From: an uncultured bacterium
GTDB lineage: Bacteria > Patescibacteriota > Minisyncoccia > Phycocordibacterales > Phycocordibacteraceae
NCBI GenBank assembly: GCA_963851445.1
Contig: CAWKPH010000001.1
Coordinates: 159,943-223,942 of the forward strand
Length of the DNA: 64,000 bases
Direction of reading: 5' to 3'
Positions 20,072 to 30,202 of this stretch are shown one piece after another (positions within the stretch are counted from its first letter, which is position 1; each line of letters starts with the position of its first letter). Under the pieces are notes generated by a model, which saw only the letters and a program-made list of their open reading frames with translations, was not told where the DNA came from and did not search any database. The position numbers were made by a program, and so were the translations under genes.

Positions 20072-21112
20072 TCATACGATTATCTTTCCATGGTCGAGCA
20101 ATTTCTTTCCGCGTAACACCACCGTCTCTACTTTCCCGTAAAGCGTCCAGCCATCGAACGGTGACCAGCCACACTTGCTCTCGTAGCCCTCTTCACCTGC
20201 GACATATTCCTTTTGAGGATCAAGCTCGATATAGGTATCCGGTTGATCAGGAACAGCAAATATAGCTTTCGGATTTGTATATAAGACCCTCGTCACATCA
20301 GCTTCGCCGATGCGTCCATCTTTCGCTGCTTTGAACATGAGGCCTACGGCGGTTTCAAGTCCTGGGACACCGAAGGCGGGCGGGTCTTTCTCTTTCTCTT
20401 CCTTAGTATGTGGCGCGTGATCTGTTTCGACGATATCGATCGTTCTTTCGATCAGTCCTTTCCAGAGGGCTTCTTGATCCTCCTTTGTACCAAGAGGCGG
20501 CTTCATGATGGCATATCCTTTTAGTGTTTCTCTTGCTTCAGCCGTCATGAAGAGGTGGTGCGGACAGACTCCCGCTGTGACACTTTGGCCTTTTATTTTG
20601 GCAAGTCTTACAAGCTCAACTTCGATAGCTTGGGTGATGTGGCAGACATGGATACGACGGTCGTACAAATTCCCGAGAGCGAGAACAGCTGCGAGCTGGA
20701 CGCCTTCAGCGTGCACAAGTATTGGCTTCTCGCTTTCCCATGCAGAGAATACTTTCTCCATAAGACCTAGATCCTCGATGAGCATGTCACCAGTCGTATG
20801 ATTGCAATAGAGCTTGAGTCCGAAGACACGGGGCGAAAGCATTACTGCCGCAAATTGCTCGGTATTCTTGCCGTTCGTTCCAAAATGGAATCCCACATCG
20901 CATAGCGCTTTACGCTGTACAAGTGCGATCTTTTCATCGAGACGCTCCTTGGTAATTGTCGGCGTAGGATTATTAGGCATATCGAGGATATAAGTGAAGC
21001 CACCTTTTATGGCTGATCTGCTCCCGGTATTGAAATCTTCTTTCTGTATTGCCCCCGGGTCGCGCAGGTGTACATGTGCATCGATGAACCCGGGAAATCG
21101 TTTGAGCGCCAT
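20072..21112 (-). CDS. pyrC: Dihydroorotase
   Basis: DAHVHLRDPG, DMPN, HAE, HVCH, CPHHL, MKPPL, TDHAPH. Confidence 0.92.
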   Translation of the reverse strand: MALKRFPGFIDAHVHLRDPGAIQKEDFNTGSRSAIKGGFTYILDMPNNPTPTITKERLDEKIALVQRKALCDVGFHFGTNGKNTEQFAAVMLSPRVFGLKLYCNHTTGDMLIEDLGLMEKVFSAWESEKPILVHAEGVQLAAVLALGNLYDRRIHVCHITQAIEVELVRLAKIKGQSVTAGVCPHHLFMTAEARETLKGYAIMKPPLGTKEDQEALWKGLIERTIDIVETDHAPHTKEEKEKDPPAFGVPGLETAVGLMFKAAKDGRIGEADVTRVLYTNPKAIFAVPDQPDTYIELDPQKEYVAGEEGYESKCGWSPFDGWTLYGKVETVVLRGKKLLDHGKIIV

Positions 21113-21201
21113 GGTTGGTTTTTCCCATAGTACTACATAGTTCGTTTTCTTTTATTCATTTTATTTACAGGTTCCTTCCGACAGGATATGCTCGAGGGAC
21201 T

Positions 21202-22077
21202 ATGTCACGACAACGGTTACTTAAAATGGCCAAATTCATCGGTGTATGCCTTGTTTGCATCTTCGCAGCCATCGGCTTTACGCTGGTTGCTGGGTATGTC
21301 GCGCTGGAGCTCGGCCTTACCAAAACCCCGGGAATTATAGACATGCAGCGCACAGCATTTCTCGATAGTGGCACCTCTACATCAACAGCAGATTTAGCTC
21401 CTGAATATCCTAATGGAACACCTTGGCAAAATACGCAGGAATGGGCAGTGCTCGCAGCTGCAATCACGAAAGATGCGCCGGTGATCGACCAGGCTGCTGC
21501 TGCGTCTGGAGTACCTGCGCGCCTCATTGTTGCGAATCTTATCGTTGAGCAACTGCGACTTTTCTTCACTGAACGAGGCTACTATGAACAATTCTTTGCG
21601 CCTTTGAAGATTCTCGGCGCACAGACACAATTCTCGTGGGGCGTCATGGGAATGAAAGACGACACAGCAACTGAGGTAGAGAGCAACCTTACAAATCCTT
21701 CTTCGCCCTTTTATCCAGGGGCCCAGTATCAGCACCTTCTTGACTACAGCGCGACTTCCACAGCATTAGACAGTATCGATGATCAGCGATTTGCTCGACT
21801 AACTGATCAAGACAATCATTACTACAGTTATCTCTATGCAGGTCTGTACTTAAAGGAAATAGAAACACAGTGGCAGAACGCTGGCTTCCCTATCGCAAAT
21901 CGTCCTGATATTCTCTCCACGCTCTATAACATTGGCTTCCAATACTCAATGCCCAAAGCAAATCCAGAAGTTGGTGGTGCTGCAATAGCTATCAATGGGG
22001 TTACCTATAGTTTTGGCGGTCTTGCGAATCAATTCTACGAGTCCAATCTACTGACGAATCTCTTCCCTATACAGTAA
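21202..22077 (+). CDS. Membrane-anchored lysozyme-like / lytic-transglycosylase-like protein
   Basis: N-terminal TM; IDQAAAASGVPARLIVANLIVE, SWGVMGM and TLYNIG resemble SLT motifs I-III. Confidence 0.5.
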   Translation: MSRQRLLKMAKFIGVCLVCIFAAIGFTLVAGYVALELGLTKTPGIIDMQRTAFLDSGTSTSTADLAPEYPNGTPWQNTQEWAVLAAAITKDAPVIDQAAAASGVPARLIVANLIVEQLRLFFTERGYYEQFFAPLKILGAQTQFSWGVMGMKDDTATEVESNLTNPSSPFYPGAQYQHLLDYSATSTALDSIDDQRFARLTDQDNHYYSYLYAGLYLKEIETQWQNAGFPIANRPDILSTLYNIGFQYSMPKANPEVGGAAIAINGVTYSFGGLANQFYESNLLTNLFPIQ

Positions 22078-22115
22078 ATTGAAGCTGCAGCCGCCATGCG
22101 GTAAGCTAAGTGAAC

Positions 22116-22189
22116 CCATCCTTAGCTCAGTTGGTTAGAGCATCGAGCTTATACCTCGAGGGTCCCTGGTTCGAGTCCAGGAGGATGGA
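22116..22189 (+). tRNA. tRNA-Ile(UAU)
   Basis: CCATCCT/AGGATGG acceptor stem, A73, D arm GCTC/GAGC, anticodon arm TCGAG-CT TAT AC-CTCGA, T arm CCTGG-TTCGAGT-CCAGG; CCA not fully encoded. Confidence 0.92.
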
Positions 22190-22233
22190 CCGATTATGCT
22201 ATGCTTGGGTGCATATAATAAAGTATAGAGATT

Positions 22234-22482
22234 ATGTCTATTGAAGATCCTTTCAGATCAGGAGAAGTCTCACCAGAGGATGTGAATGCGGCTCTTGAGT
22301 CTTTGAGACAAACATACTTTCATCCACTCGACTCAAATTCCGACAGTGAGGCATGGAGAGAGGCATGGAGAGCGGCCGTTGCATACTATAAAACACAAGG
22401 TGTCGATGCGCTCGACGGAGCTCCAAGAAACTTTGAGAAGGTACTAGAAAGTAAGGGCGTTAAGGTTGAAGAAGGATATTAA
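22234..22482 (+). CDS. Hypothetical protein
   Basis: 82-aa ORF preceded by TATAAT; no recognised motif. Confidence 0.6.
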   Translation: MSIEDPFRSGEVSPEDVNAALESLRQTYFHPLDSNSDSEAWREAWRAAVAYYKTQGVDALDGAPRNFEKVLESKGVKVEEGY

Positions 22483-22493
22483 GCAAGAGATAT

Positions 22494-24509
22494 TTATCCT
22501 AAAGCGTTTCCTTCGATTTCGTCCCCACTCTTTTTAAGATTCTCCTGGATAATTACACCTGTTTCGTCTTCTTTCTTTTTTGGCGTGATGCCATTAAGTA
22601 TAAGTAGTTTTTCGAATTCTTCACGTTCGAGAGTCTCTACCTCAACAAGTCTGAGTGCAATTGAATCAAGCGCCTTGCGGTGGGTTGTGATGACTTCAGT
22701 CGCCATTCGTTTACCATCTTCAATGAGACGCGCGACCTCTGAATCTATCTTTGCAGCAAGCTCTTGTGAATAAACCTCATTGCCAAATGAATTACGCTCC
22801 ACAGCGAACGCTGCAGGACCAATCGCGTCGCTCATACCATACTTAGAAACCATATCGCGTGCGAGACCAGTCGCAACGGCAAGGTCATTTGATGGCCCGG
22901 TTGTAAGATCATCGAAAATAAGGACCTCGGCTGCGTATCCACCAAGCATGGTCGCCAAATCATCGATAAATTCCTTCTTCGAAGGCATCTTCTTGTCCTC
23001 GAATGGAAGTTTAAGTGTGTAACCGCCCGCTCGCCCACGGCTAATAATTGAAACTTTGTGGACAGGATCGGCGTAGGGAAGAACGGATGAAACCAGTGCG
23101 TGTCCTGCTTCGTGATAGGCCGTGATTTTCTTTTCCTTACGCGAGAGAAGGTGTGATTTACGTTCAGGACCAAGCATCACTTTCTCGATGGAACGCAGCA
23201 AATCGTACTGCGTAATCTCTTTACGATTCTCACGCGCCGCAAGAATTGCTGCTTCGTTCATAAGTGAATAGAGTTCGGCGCCCGAAAATCCCGGTGTGCG
23301 CTCCGCAAGGACCGCTAGGTTCACGTCGGGACCAAATGGTTTCTTGCGCGCGTGCACTGCAAGTATCTCTTCGCGATCTTTGCGATCAGGAAGATCGATG
23401 GTAACGCGACGATCGAAACGTCCTGGCCGTAGAAGTGCTGGATCGAGTACATCAGGACGGTTTGTTGCAGCCATGACAATAACTTTTTCAGTCGGCTCGA
23501 ACCCGTCCATTTCAACAAGGATTTGATTAAGTGTCTGTTCACGCTCATCGTTTCCTCCCCCTACGCCTGAGCCACGCATGCGACCGACAGCATCGATTTC
23601 ATCTACAAAAATAATTGCAGGAGCAGAACGCTTTGCAAGCTGGAACAAATCTCGGACACGTGACGCACCAACGCCTACAAACATCTCAACAAATTCTGAA
23701 CCCGAAATCGAGAAGAATGGCACGCCCGCCTCCCCCGCGACTGCTCGTGCAAGCAGCGTCTTTCCGGTACCTGGAGCACCCATTAACAAAATGCCTTTAG
23801 GTATTCTTGCACCAATATCCAGGAACTTCTTAGGATTCTTCAAGAAATCAACAATTTCGAGCAACTCTTCTTTTGCCTCTTTTGCACCAGCAACGTCTGC
23901 AAACGTAACACGCTGATTTGTGTCGGCAGGATCAATCATGCGCGCCTTAGATTGTCCAAACGTGAATGCCTGCATACCAGCACCGCGCACCTGACGAATG
24001 AGAAACCAGAATAGGACTGCAATGAGGATAATCGGCAATATGATGGGCGCGAGCTCGACGAGCCAATACATAAATCCTGATTGGTCGGTAATTGAGAGAT
24101 TTACCGCAGAAAGTTCTTGCGGTGTAACACCGTACGGAACGAGCGTTTGTGGGAGTGCGTCATCAGGGTCCTTCATTGAGGTCTTCTGACTGCCGTCCTT
24201 ATAGGTGAGCGTAAGGTCATTGCCTGAGACGACAAGTGTCGTCACATCTCCCGATTTAATATCGTTTGCAACCTGTGAGAGTGATATAACTGGCTTTGAT
24301 TTCGTGCCGGTAGCAATGAGTGTGTAGGCACTCATGAGAAGGAGGAATATGAGGATTATGGAAACAAGATTGCTCGTGAAGCCCCCGCCAGGCGTTAGCC
24401 AGTTTCGAGGACCGGTATCCTTGCCAGTCCCTCCTGTATTACTGCCCTGGACGGGTCTTTTGCCGCCACCTCTTTTATCGGTGGGTGGCTTCTGTTTAGT
24501 AGGCGCCAT
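22494..24509 (-). CDS. ftsH: ATP-dependent zinc metalloprotease FtsH
   Basis: Two TMs, [27 protein letters not shown]. Confidence 0.97.
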   Translation of the reverse strand: MAPTKQKPPTDKRGGGKRPVQGSNTGGTGKDTGPRNWLTPGGGFTSNLVSIILIFLLLMSAYTLIATGTKSKPVISLSQVANDIKSGDVTTLVVSGNDLTLTYKDGSQKTSMKDPDDALPQTLVPYGVTPQELSAVNLSITDQSGFMYWLVELAPIILPIILIAVLFWFLIRQVRGAGMQAFTFGQSKARMIDPADTNQRVTFADVAGAKEAKEELLEIVDFLKNPKKFLDIGARIPKGILLMGAPGTGKTLLARAVAGEAGVPFFSISGSEFVEMFVGVGASRVRDLFQLAKRSAPAIIFVDEIDAVGRMRGSGVGGGNDEREQTLNQILVEMDGFEPTEKVIVMAATNRPDVLDPALLRPGRFDRRVTIDLPDRKDREEILAVHARKKPFGPDVNLAVLAERTPGFSGAELYSLMNEAAILAARENRKEITQYDLLRSIEKVMLGPERKSHLLSRKEKKITAYHEAGHALVSSVLPYADPVHKVSIISRGRAGGYTLKLPFEDKKMPSKKEFIDDLATMLGGYAAEVLIFDDLTTGPSNDLAVATGLARDMVSKYGMSDAIGPAAFAVERNSFGNEVYSQELAAKIDSEVARLIEDGKRMATEVITTHRKALDSIALRLVEVETLEREEFEKLLILNGITPKKKEDETGVIIQENLKKSGDEIEGNALG

Positions 24510-24582
24510 AGTGAAGACACTATACAATGAGTGGCACGAGATGGAAACTCGGTGATGAAATCCTTATACGAGCTTGTGATAT

Positions 24583-25026
24583 ATGACCTATATTGAAAAC
24601 AAGAAAGCCCGGCTGCGGTTCTCAGTTTTGGAGACATTCCAAGCAGGAATTGAGCTGTCAGGATCTGAAGTAAAGGCTATACGGAGCAAGCTCGGGAGTA
24701 TTGAGGGTGCCCGGGTATTGGTACGAGGAGGCGAAGCGTACATTGTAGGAATGACGGTGCCGCCGTACCAAGCGGCCAATACTGCCGCTGCCTATGATCC
24801 TGAACATACACGTAGACTTTTGCTTTCGAAGAAAGAAATCGCGCAATTAGCAGAGTCCGAAGCAAAAAAGGGCTTGACAACAGTGCCTTTAGAAGTGTAT
24901 AATGCGGGAAGATATATCAAAGTTCGCGTGGCGATCGTACGAGGTAAACGTAAAGAAGACCGTCGCGAAGAACTAAAGAAGAAGGATGCGGAGCGTGAGA
25001 GTGCTCGCGTCCTAAAACGTACCTAA
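24583..25026 (+). CDS. smpB: SsrA-binding protein
   Basis: ENKKA, AGIELSGSEVKAIR, RRLLL, RGKRKEDRRE; adjacent to tmRNA. Confidence 0.95.
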   Translation: MTYIENKKARLRFSVLETFQAGIELSGSEVKAIRSKLGSIEGARVLVRGGEAYIVGMTVPPYQAANTAAAYDPEHTRRLLLSKKEIAQLAESEAKKGLTTVPLEVYNAGRYIKVRVAIVRGKRKEDRREELKKKDAERESARVLKRT

Positions 25027-25064
25027 GCCACTCGCAGAGAGCAGGAAATGATTTTCTCTTCTCT

Positions 25065-25478
25065 GGGGGTGACTGGTTTTGACGGTCTGCTCTTTGAAAG
25101 ACGTGCGACGCGATGGAAGCTTGTTGACCATCTAAATCTCGCAAGCACCTAAACTTGCTAACAATTCTGTTGCAAGCGCAAAGCTTTCACCTTTCCAGAT
25201 GAAAGATTTTGCGTTCGCGTACGTAGGAGCTCGAGCGTAAGCTCGCTTCGCCTATGCGACGTTCACTAACCCCGGGTTCCTATAGCCGGATTAGTGGGCG
25301 GAATCTTCTATAGGATCGGTAGTCGTGTGCCCACACGTACTGTCTAAACTACGGGCGTAGATGTACAGGGTTTCGTTTCCGTTTTTACCTGTACATTGAA
25401 ACTTCAATTGAAACTATGCGTCGTAGATTCGCTTTCAAAGCCGGATTCGGACGGGAGTTCAACCTCCCCACCTCCACC
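25065..25478 (+). ncRNA. ssrA: tmRNA
   Basis: 5' GGGGGTGAC-TGGTTTTGAC; 3' GGAC-GGGAGTTCAACCTCCC-CACCTCCA; G3-U70 pair; tag ORF 25157-25240. Confidence 0.93.
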
Positions 25479-25480
25479 GA

Positions 25481-25522
25481 TATAAAAAGAGCACCTCACA
25501 ATAGTGAGGTGCTCTTTTTATA
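25481..25522. terminator. Bidirectional intrinsic terminator
   Basis: TATAAAAAGAGCACCTCAC-aata-GTGAGGTGCTCTTTTTATA. Confidence 0.85.
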
Positions 25523-25527
25523 TACAT

Positions 25528-25773
25528 TTAGTATCCTGACTGCGGCATTGGTCCGCGCATCATCATGTGAGGAGCACCCATTCCTGTGCTGCTCCAGGAT
25601 GCTATGGTGAGCACTTCAATCGTGCGCTGATACTGCGTACCGATATAGAACGCAAGAACCGGAATAATAAGTAGAAATACCAAAAGTGCCCAGAGACGCG
25701 AGTACCACGTGACTCGGTTCCATTCGAGACCGTTACGAGTACTGGAACGTGAAGATTTTGTTTTGTTTGCCAT
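25528..25773 (-). CDS. Small single-TM hypothetical protein
   Basis: WNRVTWYSRLWALLVFLLIIPVLAFYIGTQY TM segment. Confidence 0.65.
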   Translation of the reverse strand: MANKTKSSRSSTRNGLEWNRVTWYSRLWALLVFLLIIPVLAFYIGTQYQRTIEVLTIASWSSTGMGAPHMMMRGPMPQSGY

Positions 25774-25927
25774 ATTAGTATCATAACTGAGAAGAATCTT
25801 GCGGTGCGCGTAAAAGCTCTTAGGCTGTGTATAATTCGCGTTCTTCGCCTATCCCCATGCGGCGGTAAAATATATTTTTGATGCCCATACTTCTCTTATA
25901 CTTAGTACATATCCTTAATGACCTCTT

Positions 25928-26914
25928 ATGAGCACTAATTCATCCGCTGCGCATTCCGCACCGCAATTCCCAAGCACACTCGATCTCTTTCGAGATGGCT
26001 ATCAGATATTTAAACAGGAGTGGAAGGTTTTCCTCCGGCTTGGTCTTGCTTATATTGGTGCACTTATCTTCTTCATAGTTGTTGTAGGAACGTTGTTCTC
26101 AGTTGCCGCACCTGCTCTCTCAAGCCTTGGCGTACTGGGCGCTCTCATTTTCGTCCTCATAGGACTTGTGGGCTTAATCTTTTTCTACTGGCTCTTGTCG
26201 TGTGTGATGCTCACGATCTTGTATGTAATTCAGAAAAACGGAAAACCACTGGATGTGACAGACCTATTTATGAAAGCGCGCCATCACGTATGGTCATTCA
26301 TATGGGTAAATATTCTTACGCTACTTGTAGTTCTTGGGTTGGTCGTACTTCTTGCTATGGCTTCCTTTATTGTTTTTGGACCACTTGCGATCATGTTGCC
26401 GGCAGCGCTCACGTTCGTCTCCCAGGTTGCCGTGTTCTTCATGCTTGTAGCCGCTGCTCTTCTCGCAGACACCTGGTTTGGATTTACCACATGGACCTTC
26501 GTCGACAAGGATGCCCGCGGACTTCAAGCGATTGCGTTTAGCCGACACCTTTCACATCACCACTTTGTAGATATTGCGTGGCGACTCTTTTGGATAGCAC
26601 TCGTATACGTTGCAATTGATCTCGTAGTCAAACATGTCCTGGGGGCGCTCTTCTTCGTACTTCCTGGTCGCCTTGACCAAGTGCTTACAGGAATTATTAG
26701 CGACTGTGTAGTAATTCTATTGTTGGTTCCTATACTTGGTAGCGCTCTCTTCTCGCTCTATAAGTCAGCTGAAAAAGCAGTGGGTGACGCAGATACAGAC
26801 TCTGCCGATTATGGAGAACATCGCGGCATACTGATCGTTCTAGCGACAATTGGTCTCCTTACGATGCTTGCGAGCGTTAGCATATTCATCGCAAGTGCCA
26901 GATTTATTCTCTAA
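25928..26914 (+). CDS. Polytopic membrane protein (GDPD membrane-domain-like)
   Basis: About 7 hydrophobic segments; DARGLQAIAFSRHL pattern. Confidence 0.65.
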   Translation: MSTNSSAAHSAPQFPSTLDLFRDGYQIFKQEWKVFLRLGLAYIGALIFFIVVVGTLFSVAAPALSSLGVLGALIFVLIGLVGLIFFYWLLSCVMLTILYVIQKNGKPLDVTDLFMKARHHVWSFIWVNILTLLVVLGLVVLLAMASFIVFGPLAIMLPAALTFVSQVAVFFMLVAAALLADTWFGFTTWTFVDKDARGLQAIAFSRHLSHHHFVDIAWRLFWIALVYVAIDLVVKHVLGALFFVLPGRLDQVLTGIISDCVVILLLVPILGSALFSLYKSAEKAVGDADTDSADYGEHRGILIVLATIGLLTMLASVSIFIASARFIL

Positions 26915-26940
26915 TAGCGGACACTCCTTCGCTATAAAGC

Positions 26941-27531
26941 TTATAAACTCCCCTCCCTCTTAACCTGCTTATCAAAACCAATATAAGAATATTCAAGGTC
27001 ATTAATACCGTACATCTTGAATACCTGAGTTGCTGAGCATATTTTTGCTTCTTTTGGGTCAAAGCCGAGCTCTCGCGCAGCTTCCTCAATGGCTTCCATC
27101 GAGGGGCCCTCAATCTCAAGATAAGTAGGCAGGAGTGGCCATGTATCGATATCGTATTCAATATCGCCTTTTTTGTAGCGTACACGTTTCTTTTCTTGGT
27201 AGAACTTCTCTATCATGCCTATACGCTGAAGAATGAGCGTCGCGCGTTCGAAGTCTGATACTTTCACTTCTATTTCTTCCATACCTTCGTCAGGAATACT
27301 CGCGTCGGAAGACTTGACTCCAAGGCGTTGTTTGTAGGAAAACTCGACTTCTTTTCCGTCGTCTCGAAGTCGTACCCACGCATACTTCTCGGTAGCAAGC
27401 GGTAACCCAGGAAAATCAAAGGCGCGAATGCGGTAGAAGAAATCATCGGTGTGGGTGGCACCGATTGAAAGTAGTTTGTCCTCGAGAGCCTGTTGGTCTA
27501 TCTCAAGAAACTTAATTTCTATTTCGTGCAT
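26941..27531 (-). CDS. CYTH-domain protein (class IV adenylate cyclase / triphosphatase family)
   Basis: EIEIK N-terminal motif, WVRLR, EEIE, EKKR, YLEIEG. Confidence 0.9.
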   Translation of the reverse strand: MHEIEIKFLEIDQQALEDKLLSIGATHTDDFFYRIRAFDFPGLPLATEKYAWVRLRDDGKEVEFSYKQRLGVKSSDASIPDEGMEEIEVKVSDFERATLILQRIGMIEKFYQEKKRVRYKKGDIEYDIDTWPLLPTYLEIEGPSMEAIEEAARELGFDPKEAKICSATQVFKMYGINDLEYSYIGFDKQVKREGSL

Positions 27532-27628
27532 GAGGTTAGTATAACTTAAGCATAGTTCAAAGCCGTACTCCGGTGCCTTGTTCTGGTAATTATCCTTAAT
27601 TTATGCTATGGTTTGGTGACATACTACT

Positions 27629-28183
27629 TTGTCTGACGTACGAACCCGCATAAATAAAGAGATACGCGCAAGTGAACTTCGCGTCATCGGAGCCGAGGGA
27701 GAAAACCTGGGCGTTTTGTCTTTTGCGGCCGCACTAAAGGCAGCAGAAACGGCGGGCCTCGACCTTATTGAAATCTCTCCAAACGCCGTCCCGCCGGTTG
27801 CGAAAGTCATGGATTATGGTAAATTTCAGTACGAGCAGAAGAAACGGGAGGGTGCCGCTCGGGCCAAGGCCAAGATTTCAGAAACCAAGGAAGTACAGAT
27901 CAAGGTAGGCACGGGCGAAAATGACATGCGACTCAAGGCACGAAAAGCCGCTGAATGGCTTGCAGAGGGTCATCGCGTACGCATGGAGCTTTTCCTCAAG
28001 GGTCGTTACAAAGCTATGGATGAGGCATTCCTCAAGACACGGCTTGAGAAGTTCATGCTCCTCATTCCGTACGCATATCGCGTTGCCGAACCCATTGCCA
28101 AAGCCCCGAAGGGTTTCGCAGCCATTATTGAGCGCGATCCGAAGGCTACGACAGGTGCAGCAGTTCAAAAGTCAGACAATTAA
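27629..28183 (+). CDS. infC: Translation initiation factor IF-3
   Basis: RINKEIRASELRVI, LDLIEISPNAVPPVAKVMDYGKFQYE; non-ATG start. Confidence 0.96.
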   Translation: MSDVRTRINKEIRASELRVIGAEGENLGVLSFAAALKAAETAGLDLIEISPNAVPPVAKVMDYGKFQYEQKKREGAARAKAKISETKEVQIKVGTGENDMRLKARKAAEWLAEGHRVRMELFLKGRYKAMDEAFLKTRLEKFMLLIPYAYRVAEPIAKAPKGFAAIIERDPKATTGAAVQKSDN

Positions 28184-28187
28184 TTTC

Positions 28188-28373
28188 ATGAAAACAACCA
28201 AATCATATTCAAAGCGCATCAAGGTGACCCGTAAGGGGAAGCTTATTTCGCGCCGCCCTGGGCAGGACCATTTCAATGCGAAGGCATCAGGCGGACAACG
28301 CCAGGCAAAGCGCCGCACCCAGGGCCTTACGGTTACTACCCGTGTGCGCCGGCGTTTTCTTGCCGGAAAGTAG
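28188..28373 (+). CDS. rpmI: 50S ribosomal protein L35
   Basis: MKTTKSYSKRIKVTRKGK...HFNAK; between infC and rplT. Confidence 0.92.
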   Translation: MKTTKSYSKRIKVTRKGKLISRRPGQDHFNAKASGGQRQAKRRTQGLTVTTRVRRRFLAGK

Positions 28374-28409
28374 CCCATTTGCTAGTATTTTCTGACTAAT
28401 TGATTTTCT

Positions 28410-28760
28410 ATGCCACGTGTAAAAGGAGGACTTATATCGCAGAAGCGTCGCCGCAACGTACTCAAGCGTGCCAAGGGCTATCGCCATGGCAGGGGTACCA
28501 AGGAGCGCCAGGCTAAGGAGTCATTAGTTCATGCAGGAAAGAATGCTTTCGCACACCGCAAGGATAAGAAAAGTGATTACCGCTCCCTTTGGATAGTGCG
28601 TCTTAATGCGGCAGTTCGCGAAAACGGCTTCAAATCGTACAGCACCTTCATCAGTGCTCTAAAAAAGCAGAATATCGAGCTTGACCGCAAGGTGCTCGCC
28701 GAATTCGCTCAGAAGGAACCTGAAATTTTCACGCGCATCGTGAAAAAAGTGAACGTCTAG
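28410..28760 (+). CDS. rplT: 50S ribosomal protein L20
   Basis: MPRVKGG, AKGYR, RSLWIVRLNAA, LDRKVLA. Confidence 0.97.
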   Translation: MPRVKGGLISQKRRRNVLKRAKGYRHGRGTKERQAKESLVHAGKNAFAHRKDKKSDYRSLWIVRLNAAVRENGFKSYSTFISALKKQNIELDRKVLAEFAQKEPEIFTRIVKKVNV

Positions 28761-30154
28761 ATTTTCTTCACTCCTTCCTTGGTGATCATAAAACTCTCGC
28801 CCTTCACAGGGACGTACGCCTGTGCACCGAGGTAGTCATGAATGCGCTGCGCAAGGAAGCGGGCAGAGGAGGGTTCGCCTAGCGCCACGAAGAAATTCTT
28901 AGTTTTACCACCTGACTCAGGTTGAGCAGCATGGGCGAATTCGAGAAGCTCGTCGCGATCAGCATGCGCTGACCACCCCACAAAGGTCTCTATTTTGGCG
29001 CGTACGGAGACGTCATAGCCTTCTATGCGAACTGTTGGTGCCCCGTCCTGAAGCATGCGCCCGGGGCTTCCTGGAGCCTGGTAGCCTACAATGAAAAGCG
29101 TGGTCGAGGCATCGGGTAGATATTTCTGCTCCCAGCGCCCAATGCGTCCCCCATGACTCATGCCAGCACCTGCCATGATTATTTTTGGGTTTGGAGCTTT
29201 TTCTATCTCTTGAGACTCTTCGCGTCGGAGAGTCTCGTGGAGAAATGGAAATTTGAATAGTTCATGTCGTTGTTTTAATTCATCTTCCGCTTCCGGTTTG
29301 AAATAGCTGCTTCCCCATTTTTCATACACTTCAGTAACCTTGATGGCGAGCGGCGAGTCGAGGTACACGGGAATATGTGGTAGTTCGCCACTTTCCATCA
29401 ATTTCGATAATTCGTATAAAAGCAGCTGCGTTCGTTCTATCGAGAATGCGGGCATGAGAATTACACCGCCACGCTCAAGTGCACGTGTAACGGAATCTCG
29501 CAGAAGCGCAACACGATCTCGCTTGTCCTTGTTTACACGATCACCATAGACACTTTCCATGAGGACTGCATCAGCGTCAGTGATAGATTCCCAATTGGGC
29601 AAGTAGGGTGAGGGTGAGTTTCCGATATCGCCCGTGAGTGCGAGTGTCGTACCATCTTCATCCTTCACTCGTACACTCGCGGAACCAAGAATGTGACCCG
29701 TAGGTCGCAGCAGCACCGAAAGTCCCGGCGCCACATCGATTTCCTTGTGGTACGGAATAGTTTCGACGAGTGCCATGAGTTTACTCACATCCTCATCGCT
29801 ATAAAGTGGCGATAGGTTATATCTGTTGGCTTCTTGCAGAAGGATGCCCACCGTATCACGCAGCATGAGCTCGGTAAGATCCTTTGTTGGTTCGGTCATG
29901 TAGACCTTTCCCTTGAATCCTTCTTTCACCAGTTTTGGTGCTCTCCCGATGTGATCGAGGTGCGCATGGGTGATCACAACGGCATCTACCGATGAAACGT
30001 CATACGGGAATGGTCCGTACATCTCTTTTTGAACAAAATCGCTACCCTGCTCGATACCGCAATCAACAAGAATTTTTCCCTTAGTGCCCTCAACCATAAA
30101 ATTTGAACCTGTTACTATTTCCGCACCTCCATAACAAGTTAGTTTGAGTGCCAT
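28757..30154 (-). CDS. MBL-fold beta-CASP ribonuclease
   Basis: VTGS, THAHLDHIG, GHILGS, ESVYGDR, VGYQA, SAHAD. Confidence 0.92.
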   Translation of the reverse strand: MALKLTCYGGAEIVTGSNFMVEGTKGKILVDCGIEQGSDFVQKEMYGPFPYDVSSVDAVVITHAHLDHIGRAPKLVKEGFKGKVYMTEPTKDLTELMLRDTVGILLQEANRYNLSPLYSDEDVSKLMALVETIPYHKEIDVAPGLSVLLRPTGHILGSASVRVKDEDGTTLALTGDIGNSPSPYLPNWESITDADAVLMESVYGDRVNKDKRDRVALLRDSVTRALERGGVILMPAFSIERTQLLLYELSKLMESGELPHIPVYLDSPLAIKVTEVYEKWGSSYFKPEAEDELKQRHELFKFPFLHETLRREESQEIEKAPNPKIIMAGAGMSHGGRIGRWEQKYLPDASTTLFIVGYQAPGSPGRMLQDGAPTVRIEGYDVSVRAKIETFVGWSAHADRDELLEFAHAAQPESGGKTKNFFVALGEPSSARFLAQRIHDYLGAQAYVPVKGESFMITKEGVKKI

Positions 30155-30170
30155 GAGTAGACTTTAGCAT

Positions 30171-30202
30171 GAGAAAACCGCAGCAGAGGCTGCGGTTTTC
30201 TC
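30171..30202 (-). terminator. Intrinsic terminator downstream of the 6S-like RNA
   Basis: GAGAAAACCGCAGC-agag-GCTGCGGTTTTCTC. Confidence 0.8.

Noticed and set aside
27921-28187. N-terminally extended 150-aa L35 in the ORF track
   Set aside because: The extension overlaps infC out of frame; the real start is ATG 28188.
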